A DNA stretch of 64,000 bases from contig JAGSHN010000018.1 in NCBI GenBank assembly GCA_029855935.1, positions 32,001 through 96,000 on the forward strand. Reading direction: 5' to 3'. The notes beneath the pieces are model-generated. The model worked only from the letters and a program-made list of their open reading frames with translations. It searched no databases and was not told the DNA's origin. This document shows positions 1-9,698 of the stretch, piece by piece. The DNA is from Candidatus Thorarchaeota archaeon. Lineage in GTDB: Archaea; Asgardarchaeota; Thorarchaeia; Thorarchaeales; Thorarchaeaceae. The translations under genes and the position numbers were made by a program. The first letter of the stretch is position 1. Each line of letters starts with the position of its first letter.

Positions 1-1
1 A

Positions 2-781
2 GCAGTTTCGCGCGGAGAGCTCTCTGCGTCTGATGTCCGGGCGGGACAGACTATCCTCGACATAACGAAAGCGGTCTGCGGCGGGATTGTCTCCAAGAAC
101 ACCGTGTTCGGGACGGTTCTGCTGTACGTTCCTCTTGCAGTCGCAATGGCCGCCACTATCGAACGCAACTGCGGTGTGGATCCTGAGGCGGTGTCAACGA
201 CTGTGGACACCATACTGTCTGCGACGACCGTGCAGGACACTCTGGACCTCTTTGTGGCCCTTCGCCTCGTTGCCCCCAGAGGCGAGATGAACAAACAGGT
301 GCCAGATTGGAGCGATCACCACGACAGGTATGACATCTACAACCCGGAAGTATTCGAGAACATAACTACGGACAGGCTGACGCTGGACCGCCTGTTGAGA
401 GAGTCCTCATCAGTGGACAGGATCTGTCGCGAACTCTCAACCAGATACCGTACCGTCCTGTTCGAAATTGTGCCAAGGCTCAGGGAGCGCATGTCCGGCG
501 TTGACAACGCAGAGGAGGCAATCGTGGACGTATTCCTCTGGCAGCTGGCCCGGGAACCGGACTGGCATATCGTCCGACGAGCGGGACTTGAGCAGGCACA
601 GGAGGTAACACGGAGAGCAGCTCAGATAGTTGAGGGAGAAGGGACTGCGCTCGACAGTCTGAGAAGACTTGATGCCCTTCTCAGAAGCAATGGGAACCTC
701 CTCAATCCGGGCACCACGGCCGACTTGGTGTCGGCTGGTGTCTTCTACAGGCTCGTAGAACTCGCTCTCAACAACCAGTAG
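2..781 (+). CDS. citG: CitG-family triphosphoribosyl-dephospho-CoA synthase-like protein (5' partial)
   Basis: Frame is open from position 2; KNTVFG near the start and the C-terminal NPGTTADL motif are typical of CitG/MdcB. Confidence 0.8.
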   Translation, partial: AVSRGELSASDVRAGQTILDITKAVCGGIVSKNTVFGTVLLYVPLAVAMAATIERNCGVDPEAVSTTVDTILSATTVQDTLDLFVALRLVAPRGEMNKQVPDWSDHHDRYDIYNPEVFENITTDRLTLDRLLRESSSVDRICRELSTRYRTVLFEIVPRLRERMSGVDNAEEAIVDVFLWQLAREPDWHIVRRAGLEQAQEVTRRAAQIVEGEGTALDSLRRLDALLRSNGNLLNPGTTADLVSAGVFYRLVELALNNQ

Positions 782-790
782 ACCGCACAA

Positions 791-985
791 TCAGCCGAGA
801 AGACCCGAAAAGATTATGGCGGCCATGGCGAAGAGTAGCAGACCAGTGGGTATCAGCATTATCTTCCCCTCCATACGTCTTGCCTGTCGGACCTCATTCC
901 GGGGACCAAAGTAGTAGGCGAGGAGGAGAACAGCACCCAGTACCGCAATCGTTACAGCAAGCGCTTCGTGAGCCACGTGATACAC
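791..985 (-). CDS. small membrane protein (2 TM)
   Basis: 64 aa with two hydrophobic helices; GAGGAG upstream of the GTG start. Confidence 0.7.
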   Translation of the reverse strand: MYHVAHEALAVTIAVLGAVLLLAYYFGPRNEVRQARRMEGKIMLIPTGLLLFAMAAIIFSGLLG

Positions 986-1063
986 TCCTCTTGGTTGGGT
1001 CGATGTCTCCTCACGCTTGCCCGGGGAGAAAAGAGTTACGAAAGAAGAGATGACACAGGGGCC

Positions 1064-1339
1064 TCACATCAAGACCTGTCTGAAGACGTGCTCGTACTTC
1101 ATCCTGAGCTCTCTGGCTCGCTCCGCGTCGACGTAGTAGAGCGGCTGCCTCATGTCCTGCAGATTGGGTACCTTGTGGCACAGCTTATGACGGACCAGTT
1201 TGCGGAGCGCAAAAGAGACCGTCCTAGGAGCCAAGTCTACCTTCTCAGAGATGTCCTTGGGAGTCATCGGACCATCTATTTGAAGCCTGTGAAGAACGAT
1301 TATCGCACTTCGAGGAAGCTCCAATGACACCGTTACCAC
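1064..1339 (-). CDS. winged-helix (MarR/ArsR-like) transcriptional regulator
   Basis: GPMTPKDISEKVDLAPRTVSFALRKL helix-turn-helix plus wing (PNLQDMRQPLY). Confidence 0.8.
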   Translation of the reverse strand: MVTVSLELPRSAIIVLHRLQIDGPMTPKDISEKVDLAPRTVSFALRKLVRHKLCHKVPNLQDMRQPLYYVDAERARELRMKYEHVFRQVLM

Positions 1340-1482
1340 CCGTTGTTCTGGGTACCCAGCCCAAGAACTATTCCTCCTACGCGTTATTTAAGCGCTGCCG
1401 TTGACGCACACGGCGGCGATGGGTTGAAATCGCTCAACCTGCTGACCAGACAAGGGCGGAGCAGCAAACAGGAGGCCACGAA

Positions 1483-2472
1483 ATGGCGTCAAGAGTGTTT
1501 GTCACACGAGAGATTCCCGGGACAGGACTGCAGATGATAGGCCAGCATTTCGATGTCTCAGTCTGGCCACACGAGAGACCTCCTACAAGCGAGGAGATCG
1601 TCTCAGCGGCCCAAGGATGCGAGGGCCTCGTCACCCTCCTGTCAGACAACATCGACAGCGGAGTCATCGATGCTCTCCCCAGGCTGAGGGCCATCTCCCA
1701 GTATGCCGTCGGATACGACAACATCGATGTGGAGTATGCGACCAAGAGAGGCATAATCGTAACGAACACTCCGGGGGTGCTGACGGAGACCACAGCAGAC
1801 TTGGCGTGGGCGCTTCTGCTGGCGGCGTCACGCAGAGTCGTGGAGGCTGACAGATACGTCAGAGCCGGAGAGTGGCGAGTGGCGTGGGGGCCCACTCTCC
1901 TTCTGGGGCGGGACGTCTATGGAGCCACCCTAGGCATCGTGGGTATGGGCCGCATCGGGTTTGCCGTGGGAAGGCGCGCAACGGGGTTCAACATGAGAGT
2001 CCTCTACACGTCCCGTTCGGACACCAAGATCACACGCCGTGCGGAGAATGAACTTGGGGCGAAACGTGTGGATCTCGACACGCTGCTGCGCGAGTCTGAC
2101 TTTGTGTCACTGCACGTCCCCCTCACCCCCCGGACAAGACACCTGATAGGTAAGAGGGAGCTCGGCCTGATGAAGCCAACGGCAGTCTTGGTAAACACAT
2201 CTAGGGGGGCCGTCGTCGACGAGAGAGAACTCGCCCGCGCACTCTCTGAGAGAAGAATTCGTGCAGCAGGACTAGATGTCTTTGAGAGAGAGCCGATCCC
2301 GTTGGACAGCCCCCTCCTTGGACTGGACAACGTTGTTATCGTGCCCCACATCGGGAGCGCGAGCGTCGAGACCAGGTCGAAGATGGCACAGATCTGCGCT
2401 GAGAATCTCATCGCGGCGCTCTCGGGTCAGAGACCCAAGTACGCTGTCAATCCTGAGGTCTTCGAGAGATAA
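1483..2472 (+). CDS. gyaR: glyoxylate reductase / D-2-hydroxyacid dehydrogenase
   Basis: [27 protein letters not shown] Rossmann motif, [23 protein letters not shown]. Confidence 0.92.
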   Translation: MASRVFVTREIPGTGLQMIGQHFDVSVWPHERPPTSEEIVSAAQGCEGLVTLLSDNIDSGVIDALPRLRAISQYAVGYDNIDVEYATKRGIIVTNTPGVLTETTADLAWALLLAASRRVVEADRYVRAGEWRVAWGPTLLLGRDVYGATLGIVGMGRIGFAVGRRATGFNMRVLYTSRSDTKITRRAENELGAKRVDLDTLLRESDFVSLHVPLTPRTRHLIGKRELGLMKPTAVLVNTSRGAVVDERELARALSERRIRAAGLDVFEREPIPLDSPLLGLDNVVIVPHIGSASVETRSKMAQICAENLIAALSGQRPKYAVNPEVFER

Positions 2473-2630
2473 CTGGTTCCGGTAATTGTACGCGACCGCA
2501 CCATTCTGAGACTGCTCGACCATAGTATGAGGCAGCCGTCTCACCAAGTCTCCGTTGCGCAGCCGGGGAATTGCTATGGTCTACGGATGAGGTGAACTGG
2601 AGCCCACTCCCGACTGCTCAGGAGAGGTGA

Positions 2631-2665
2631 GAGAAAAAGAAAGGGTGTGGGGGACTTTCGTCCCC
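2631..2665 (-). terminator. hairpin plus U-tract after subtilase 1
   Basis: Minus strand GGGGAC-GAAA-GUCCCC followed by UUCUUUUUCUC. Confidence 0.6.
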
Positions 2666-2680
2666 GCTATGCTACCACGC

Positions 2681-5600
2681 CTATCGCTTCTTGATCAGGA
2701 ACAGGATCAAGATGACGACGACACCGACGCCGATACCGCCGAGCAGTCCAATGATCAGCGGATCGATACCCGGTGCGGGTGGCGGTGTAGTCGTGGTGGT
2801 TGTAGTCGTGGTGGTTGTGGTCGTGGTTGTCGGAATCGTGGTGGTTGTCGGCGTGTATCCACCAGCAGTGAAGCTGCTGGAGTACGCCACGTCGGACAGA
2901 CCCATCCAGTAGTCGCCCTGACCCGCAGTCGGGTTGACGGCCGGATCGTTGTCATAGACCCTGACCCTGACCACGTACGTGCTGAGGTGCTCGAACGGGG
3001 TGCTGTCCCAGACGTAGAACGTCTGAGTCAGATTGACGGCCAGCAGCTGGTACGTCTCACCACCGTCCTTCGAGACAGACACCTCGAAGTACAGGTCGTC
3101 ACCTGTGTTCCTGTCGTAGGCGTCCCAGGTGATGTTGACAAGGTTGCCAGTGATATGGGTCTGGACGTTCGACACGTCGGGTGCGAAGAAGTTCGCAAAG
3201 GTCAGTGACGCGTAGTTGATGTCGAACGCGATGTTGGTCTGAGTGAGAGCGCTGATCTGGACGGAGAACGTACCGTTCTTGAGGAACTGGTAGGTGTCGT
3301 AGGTGACACTCCGCCCAGTCTTGACTATGTCAGTACCAACACGAGTGTCGACAGTCAGCTTGTACTGACCAGTTGACAGGTCGTAGTCGAAGATACCGAC
3401 CATTATCGCACCGTCGTGGTCTGCAACGAACGAGCCGTGCTCGGGCTTGTTGCCAGTAGCCATCTGGCTACCGAGCAGGTTGTTCGCGTATGACCACGTG
3501 CTGTTGTCGGAGTCAGCCCACCAGGCCATGATGTCACAGTCACCATTGGTGAAGTCAACGGTCACTCTCACGGTGTCGCCAGCCTTGATGCCCTCGACCC
3601 TCTCCCAGGCAAACTGATCCAGCTGGATTGTGCCCGAGAATGGGTTATAGTTCGAGTCGGGGACGACAAGGTCGCCGATGTGTTGGTAGTAAACACCTGA
3701 CAGGAACGACACGGTGGTCTGTACCACCTCGTACTCAGGCATGTTTGGCAGATTGAACTGTGGGAATGTGGCGTTGACCACAGCGTGGTCACCAACAATG
3801 GTGTCGCCATCCGTTATTGGCACTGGGCTGGTCACGTCGTTGGCCGTGTAGGTGAAGATCAGATCACCCGCGCCACCAGTCAGCTGCTCGTAGACCATGA
3901 CCTCCAGCGTGTAGTTGACCGGCAGCATCACCGTGCCGTTCAGCCGGTTGGGATGCACGAAGATGTAGTAGTAGCCCACCGGACTGGTCATGTCGCTGAG
4001 GTCAGCGATCAGAGCTGTGCTGGTCGGTGTCAAGGCGTCGCTCGTCGCAATGGCCGCGCCCGTGGTGCTAAGGACCTCGACATGCATGTCGTTGCCAGTG
4101 TCAGCCCACTCAACGCGGACACCGAGGTATCCGGCCGTGTCGTACGGGTTGTAGACGACAAAGCTGCGGAAGTCCCAGTCGTCCGGATCGCTGTCCATGC
4201 ATCCGTAGACAGGGCTGTCGTATGGTGTCAGCTCAGCACCGAATCCGTTGACAACAGTGTTGACGTCGGTCACATTGGCGCTGAGGTTGGCCACGACCAT
4301 GTAGCTGTAGGGCAGCCTGAGAGAGTAGCCACCCTTGGCCAAGTTGATGTAGCCCTGGTGGATGCCAGCCTCGGCATCGTTAGGCACTGTCAGCGTGAAG
4401 TTCAGGCTGTTGTCAGTGCCTGGTGCCTGAATGGAGATCTCGGACGATGATACCTCCTCCCAGAAGATCACCGTCACGGTGAAGTTGTGGCCGGTTGCAT
4501 TCAGGTCCTCATCGAACACTGGGTCGTGAATGACCAGTGTCATGTTTCCGCTGAGTGCCGCAGCCAAGCTGGACCCGCTGACTGCAAATGGCATCATGTT
4601 GGTCGCGCTTGGGTCACTTGCGCTGGTGAGCCTGTGCAGCTCATTGCCGTCGGTGCCGTTCCAGAGGTTCGGATATCCGTCCGTGACGTTGTTGTCCTCC
4701 CAGTCATAGAGGAACATCCACGGCTCGGCTCCAGCGACCTCTGCGCTGTCAAATGCCACGCCAATTGTGACATAGCTGTAGGTTCCCATGTCTGTGTCGT
4801 AGACAGATGGCGTCAGCTGGTCACGCAGGTTGTAGAAGCCATAGGCCATGTCACCACTGACGTTTGCGTCAGTGTACCAGAAGGTTGTGTTCTCGAAGGT
4901 GTAGCGCTTTGCCATCTTGTAGTGCGTGGCACTGCTCACCCAGCCAGTACCATCGTCCAGCGTGCTGAAGAAGTCGCCGTAGATCTTCTGATGCACGGTG
5001 ACAGTTGCTCCAGGCCATACCTGGCCGAAGAAGACAGAGCCTTCCCACAGGTTGGTCGGATATGCGACTTCGGAGTTGTTCACAAACACGCCGAGGTAAG
5101 AACTAGGCAACACACCCCAGTAGTCCCACGCGTCCTGCATGAGAGCAGCGTGGTTCGCGAACGAGTCAGTGGAGTATGACACCCAGCCGTTGTTGTTTAC
5201 GGCGAAGTCGATCGCCTTTGCGGCGTTTATCCTTCCGAAGCCCTGTGTTGCAGGATCATAGCCGAGGTCGTCCGCAGTCTGCTGCAGTATCATCTTGGCC
5301 TGTGGTCCGGTGATTCCAGATGCCGCCTCGTAGAGGAGTGCAGCAACACCAGCTGCCACGGGAGCAGCCTGGCTGGTACCCGCGAAGAGGGTGTACTGCA
5401 TGTCATAGCCAGCCGTCTTGTCCCACCACTGACCAGCAGACCAGAACTGCGCGCAGTACGGAGCGTACCACGGGACTGCCGCGTAGCCGGCAAGGCCTGG
5501 TGCAAGCACGTCAGGCTTCACGTAGCCAGACACCAGCGGACCCTTGCTTGTGAAGCTGGCAATACCCTCGTAGGGCTGCGTTGGACCGTAGAGGTACTCC

Positions 5601-7504
5601 AGCCAGTGGCTCGACGTGGACGCACCAATAGTCAGCACTGCAGGTGATGAGCCAGGTGGCCCAATAGTCATGAAGCCGGCACCCTCGTTTCCTGCAGAGA
5701 ACACGTGCAGGATACCAGGATAGCTGCTATCGAGGATTCCTGGCGTGGAGAGTATGGTCCAGGTCATTGACAGATAGTCAAACTCGCTGTACGGCTCCGT
5801 GATCCAACCCCAAGAGTTGGTCACGAGGTCAGACTGGTGATTGCCAGTGTAGTAGAACTCACCGCTTGTCGCGTTGTAGTCGAAACCACAGACCCACAGG
5901 TAGGCACCGTAGTCGTCGCCTCTTGTGAGGGCTCTGGCGGAGATTATGTCCGCATCAGGAGCAATACCTGGCAGAGTGAAGTTCTGACCAGTGTCCTCAT
6001 TCTGGTAGGTCAGCACACCAGCTGACGCCACGTGAGAGGCGGTCGCCGTACCGTGGGTACCGGCATCGAAGTACAGTGAGAGGGCGGTACCGTTCTCGAA
6101 GTGGTAGAACCCGTCAATGTAGGCGGGATAGCCGAAGTCCTGTAGCCAGCCCGGCACGAAGCCAGAGGCAATGGCACCCAAGCTGAAGTCGTCGATACCG
6201 TCACCGTCGAAGTCGTGTGCGACAATCGGGTGGCTCTCGTCATAGATCTCACCGGCCGCGATCTCGTCTGTGAAGTCCCAGTCGAAGGTCGCGATGATGT
6301 GGTATGCATCAATGATGTTGGTGAGATCGTACGACTCGTAGTAGAAACCACCAGTCCAGAACTTGTTCCAGCCGTTGGCGTCGTCCCAGTTGATGACAAC
6401 CGCCCAGTCGTTCGTGCTCGTGTAGTTGAACACGATTGCTGGAGCGAAGAGCTTTGCATATGGGTGGAACCGCTGCTGCATGACCCAGTTGATGTAGTAG
6501 TCACCATTGACTATCGATGGGTCAGGCATCTTCCAGTCGTTCCAGAGATAGTTCTGGATCAGGTTGTCTGCACCCTCGATACCCCAGTAGTAGGCGTAGA
6601 GATAGACGAAACCAACCCTGTGGACGTACGGGGTGTTCGCATCACCATCGCCTATCAGGTACCTCGGGCCAGCCTCACCGCTGTAACCGTAGTTCAGCAG
6701 CGGGTCCCAACCAGTCACATTCAGATAGAGGGCGCTATCCGAACCAGTGTAGGTGAGTAGGTGGTACGGATCTGCCAGCCACTCCGTCGCATTGACAACA
6801 GTACCGTTAGCGATGTAGAATGCCGGTACAACACCGTAGCCTGATGGGTCAAAAGCACCACCAAAGGCATGCTGAAGCTCGGGGTTGCCGAAGTCAGCAC
6901 CAGTGTCGATGTGACCAACCTTGACGCCAGTACCGTCGTAGTTGGTTGCAGGAGCAGTTGTCGCACCGACAACCTCCTTGATCTTGTACATGTCCACACC
7001 GACGCCTGGCTGTGAGGTGTCGCCGGTCATCCTTGCAAGGTCGTCAGCCACATTCAGCTTGAACAGGTCAGCCTCGATTGAGCTGACGCCGTTCACCCTG
7101 GCCAGTGCGTCGAGGGCATCAGTGTTGGGGATGTACACGTTCCAGACCTTGAAGAATCCAAGGTCCGCCTTCCAGTGCACCTCGACAATATCCGCCACTG
7201 CGTCGACATCGGCCCACGGGGTCATGACGACGAGCGCGCGGACGCGGCCATCAGGGCTTGTGACGACCCTGTCGCTTAGCACTCCCGAGTCAATCCAGCT
7301 GGCCAAGGCATTGTCAATCTTGGCCGTATAGCCCGGCTGCGCAACGTTGTCATACCATTGCTGCAGCGTGTCTCGGGCCTCTGGACTGAGCTGAGGAGCG
7401 CTGGCCGGTTCTGCTGTCGTTATGGGAGCAGCTGGAGCCAGCAGCATAGTCAGGCTCAGCGCTGCCATAAGAAACAGAACTGCCGCTGTTCTTATCTTGT
7501 TCAT
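2681..7504 (-). CDS. membrane-anchored S8 subtilase (pyrolysin-like), 1607 aa
   Basis: Signal peptide; triad motifs HIDTG, HGTATA, GTSQAAP; SAGNEG oxyanion Asn; Thr-rich linker, C-terminal TM and KKR. Confidence 0.92.
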   Translation of the reverse strand: MNKIRTAAVLFLMAALSLTMLLAPAAPITTAEPASAPQLSPEARDTLQQWYDNVAQPGYTAKIDNALASWIDSGVLSDRVVTSPDGRVRALVVMTPWADVDAVADIVEVHWKADLGFFKVWNVYIPNTDALDALARVNGVSSIEADLFKLNVADDLARMTGDTSQPGVGVDMYKIKEVVGATTAPATNYDGTGVKVGHIDTGADFGNPELQHAFGGAFDPSGYGVVPAFYIANGTVVNATEWLADPYHLLTYTGSDSALYLNVTGWDPLLNYGYSGEAGPRYLIGDGDANTPYVHRVGFVYLYAYYWGIEGADNLIQNYLWNDWKMPDPSIVNGDYYINWVMQQRFHPYAKLFAPAIVFNYTSTNDWAVVINWDDANGWNKFWTGGFYYESYDLTNIIDAYHIIATFDWDFTDEIAAGEIYDESHPIVAHDFDGDGIDDFSLGAIASGFVPGWLQDFGYPAYIDGFYHFENGTALSLYFDAGTHGTATASHVASAGVLTYQNEDTGQNFTLPGIAPDADIISARALTRGDDYGAYLWVCGFDYNATSGEFYYTGNHQSDLVTNSWGWITEPYSEFDYLSMTWTILSTPGILDSSYPGILHVFSAGNEGAGFMTIGPPGSSPAVLTIGASTSSHWLEYLYGPTQPYEGIASFTSKGPLVSGYVKPDVLAPGLAGYAAVPWYAPYCAQFWSAGQWWDKTAGYDMQYTLFAGTSQAAPVAAGVAALLYEAASGITGPQAKMILQQTADDLGYDPATQGFGRINAAKAIDFAVNNNGWVSYSTDSFANHAALMQDAWDYWGVLPSSYLGVFVNNSEVAYPTNLWEGSVFFGQVWPGATVTVHQKIYGDFFSTLDDGTGWVSSATHYKMAKRYTFENTTFWYTDANVSGDMAYGFYNLRDQLTPSVYDTDMGTYSYVTIGVAFDSAEVAGAEPWMFLYDWEDNNVTDGYPNLWNGTDGNELHRLTSASDPSATNMMPFAVSGSSLAAALSGNMTLVIHDPVFDEDLNATGHNFTVTVIFWEEVSSSEISIQAPGTDNSLNFTLTVPNDAEAGIHQGYINLAKGGYSLRLPYSYMVVANLSANVTDVNTVVNGFGAELTPYDSPVYGCMDSDPDDWDFRSFVVYNPYDTAGYLGVRVEWADTGNDMHVEVLSTTGAAIATSDALTPTSTALIADLSDMTSPVGYYYIFVHPNRLNGTVMLPVNYTLEVMVYEQLTGGAGDLIFTYTANDVTSPVPITDGDTIVGDHAVVNATFPQFNLPNMPEYEVVQTTVSFLSGVYYQHIGDLVVPDSNYNPFSGTIQLDQFAWERVEGIKAGDTVRVTVDFTNGDCDIMAWWADSDNSTWSYANNLLGSQMATGNKPEHGSFVADHDGAIMVGIFDYDLSTGQYKLTVDTRVGTDIVKTGRSVTYDTYQFLKNGTFSVQISALTQTNIAFDINYASLTFANFFAPDVSNVQTHITGNLVNITWDAYDRNTGDDLYFEVSVSKDGGETYQLLAVNLTQTFYVWDSTPFEHLSTYVVRVRVYDNDPAVNPTAGQGDYWMGLSDVAYSSSFTAGGYTPTTTTIPTTTTTTTTTTTTTTTPPPAPGIDPLIIGLLGGIGVGVVVILILFLIKKR
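2783..2855 (-). repeat. poly-Thr linker codon repeat in subtilase 1
   Basis: ACN runs encoding TPTTTTIPTTTT...TPPP. Confidence 0.85.
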
Positions 7505-7528
7505 TTTTCCTCAGTCTCCTCACATGTT

Positions 7529-7647
7529 GACACCGAGAACTGCAAGTGCACTATATGGTGCACTCTCTTGCGATAATGAACCTCCAATCCTCCGAGGCGG
7601 TTGCTCCGCCTCAAGAGCCAATCTCCTCGTTCGCGTTCTCCGGTATC
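7529..7647 (-). promoter_or_regulatory. candidate structured 5' leader RNA of subtilase 1
   Basis: Closing stem GAUACC(G)GAGAAC/GUUCUCGGUGUC enclosing hairpins GAGGCGG/CCGCCUC and AGUGCAC/GUGCACU; TATA-like CTTAATAA near 7681-7688. Confidence 0.5.
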
Positions 7648-7979
7648 GGGTGTGATTGTTGGTGTTCAGGAACTCGGTCATTATTAAGGATTGCGACTCA
7701 TAGAGAGGCCACTCCAACTCAATATCCATCAGATTCCGTAGTCGGCGTGCGATTGCTGATATCTAGCTGTGCACAGTCGGATATCATAAATACTCATTTA
7801 ACGAATATATTAAAGATGGGGGGAGGGGTGTCGAGACGAGAACGCAACACCCGTAGTGGCATAAACAAGAGGCGACAATCGAAACGGGGGAAACGTGTGG
7901 TAGTGATTCAGGGAGGAGCGGGAGGTTGACATAGTGAAGAGAGGCGGTCGCCCAGACGGACGACCTGAGGGAGAAACAC

Positions 7980-9077
7980 CTACTCGCTGCCAGAGCGGGC
8001 CATCCGCTTTATGCTGTCGACAACCTCGTGCACCATCATGACTGCACCGATGAGTTCCACGCGAGGCTCTTCGGTCTTTGCCTCGGGCCTCGATATCCGG
8101 CCAACCGACCGGCCCATGTTCTCAATGATCGTGGCCAGCGTCTTCTTTGCACTGTCGTCGAGAGAGCTGCCCTCGACCTGAGTGATCAGCTCAGCCAGTT
8201 CGGATATCATGCTCTCGGTGACCTCGGCCGCAGTCTCTGCTCGCCGCGTAAAGCTCTCAATCCGGGCTTGGCACTCGTCCAGCTGTGCCTGAATCTTCTT
8301 CATCCGCTCGGCATCGGCACCGGGCGCGGCGCTCTGGAGCTTTGCCCTCAGTTCCTCGACCTCGGCCTGGAGTCTAGTTATCGTCTGGTCCTTCTTCGCA
8401 ATCGTCTCGAGTAGCTCGGACTCCATATCGGACCCTCCGCCCTCAGAGGGTGGTTGCGCAAGGAGGTCAGCCCGCTCCCTCTCAAGGTCGGAAACCTTCT
8501 GCTTGAGAGCAGTGAGCTCACCCTCGATGGCCGCAAGCTTCTCCTCCTTCTCATTGAGGAGATCCGCAAGCTGCTTTTTCTCACCCTCTAGTCTCTGGAC
8601 CTCACTCTCAAGCACCTTGGCGTTCTCGGAGGCCTCCTTCAGCTGCTGTCTCAGTTTGACAAAGTCGGGATCAGGAGGCGAGATGACGGAGTGGGCCAGA
8701 ACCAGAAATATCACGGCGACACCGGCGAGATAGGCGATACTTGAGAACACGCTTCCAAAGACGACGTTGGTCAGGCCTTGGACCACTGCGACAAAGGCGT
8801 ACCAAGATCCGAAGGTGAGCGTGTCAGGGCCCCACCAGACAGCTCCAAAACCAGCGTACAGTAGGACCAGACATGAGCCTATGACGAGCACAAGACCACT
8901 CAGGACCATCGCGTTACGCACTCGTGACTCTGGGTCGAGATGTCTCTGATAGAGCAAGAGAGTGATGCCGATGAAGATCATCGGTATTACGTAGGGCGCC
9001 ACAGCGATGATATCACTCATAGGAAACTCGAAATCAATCAATGCTTCCAGACCAGGACCGGGATTCAGACCGAGCAC
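7980..9077 (-). CDS. membrane protein with long C-terminal coiled coil
   Basis: About 4 N-terminal TM segments then E/K/L heptads; AGGAGGAG RBS. Confidence 0.8.
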   Translation of the reverse strand: MLGLNPGPGLEALIDFEFPMSDIIAVAPYVIPMIFIGITLLLYQRHLDPESRVRNAMVLSGLVLVIGSCLVLLYAGFGAVWWGPDTLTFGSWYAFVAVVQGLTNVVFGSVFSSIAYLAGVAVIFLVLAHSVISPPDPDFVKLRQQLKEASENAKVLESEVQRLEGEKKQLADLLNEKEEKLAAIEGELTALKQKVSDLERERADLLAQPPSEGGGSDMESELLETIAKKDQTITRLQAEVEELRAKLQSAAPGADAERMKKIQAQLDECQARIESFTRRAETAAEVTESMISELAELITQVEGSSLDDSAKKTLATIIENMGRSVGRISRPEAKTEEPRVELIGAVMMVHEVVDSIKRMARSGSE

Positions 9078-9203
9078 GGATACTCCTCCTGCGTGTAGAG
9101 TGACTATGGAGAAGTGACGGATAAATCCTACGACCGCCTGCGGCTGGTCAGGCGGCCACGCATCACAACACTGGTCTGTGATTCTTGGTATGTCGAGTAT
9201 GTT

Positions 9204-9494
9204 CTATTCTCGCCACAGACGGGCGGCCTCAAGCTCGTGGTCCTCCACTATGAGCTCGAGCGCCTTGATTAGGCGAGCAGTTTCTGAGATGGACAGGAGA
9301 AAGGCACCCTTGATGTCTCTGTCCTCACCCAGTGTGAGGCGGACCTTTCCCTCGTTTACCCATCCCTCTTCGCTCTTCTCGGGCGGCTGAAACTGGATCT
9401 CAAGCCACGTGCGACGGGTCTGCCCCGTGCTACGGTCTTCGAAGAAGTGCTTGATCTGTAGCCTACGTTCATAGTTAGAAGGTCTTGTTCCCAT
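9204..9494 (-). CDS. hypothetical protein (possible PC4/Whirly-like nucleic-acid-binding fold)
   Basis: Start reassigned to MGTRPS; beta-rich body then helix (FLLSISETARLIKAL). Confidence 0.65.
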   Translation of the reverse strand: MGTRPSNYERRLQIKHFFEDRSTGQTRRTWLEIQFQPPEKSEEGWVNEGKVRLTLGEDRDIKGAFLLSISETARLIKALELIVEDHELEAARLWRE

Positions 9495-9698
9495 CTTTTC
9501 ATCAATCCTGTCTTGCTCTTGTTCCCCTGACTCAGGGGAGTCAGTCGCTCTTGTCCAAGAACATGCGTACAGACGGATAAGACTGAATCTCTCGGTGGGG
9601 GCGAGTCTGAAGTGACATATGTGGACATCGTACAGAAGACGTAGGCAAGACAAGGCTTAATTGCAGACGCGATGACCGGGGCTATCAAAGGGCGGTAG

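Noticed and set aside
2691-2912. Poly-Val ORFs (also 22256-22813 and 36835-37017)
   Set aside because: Antisense shadows of poly-Thr linkers
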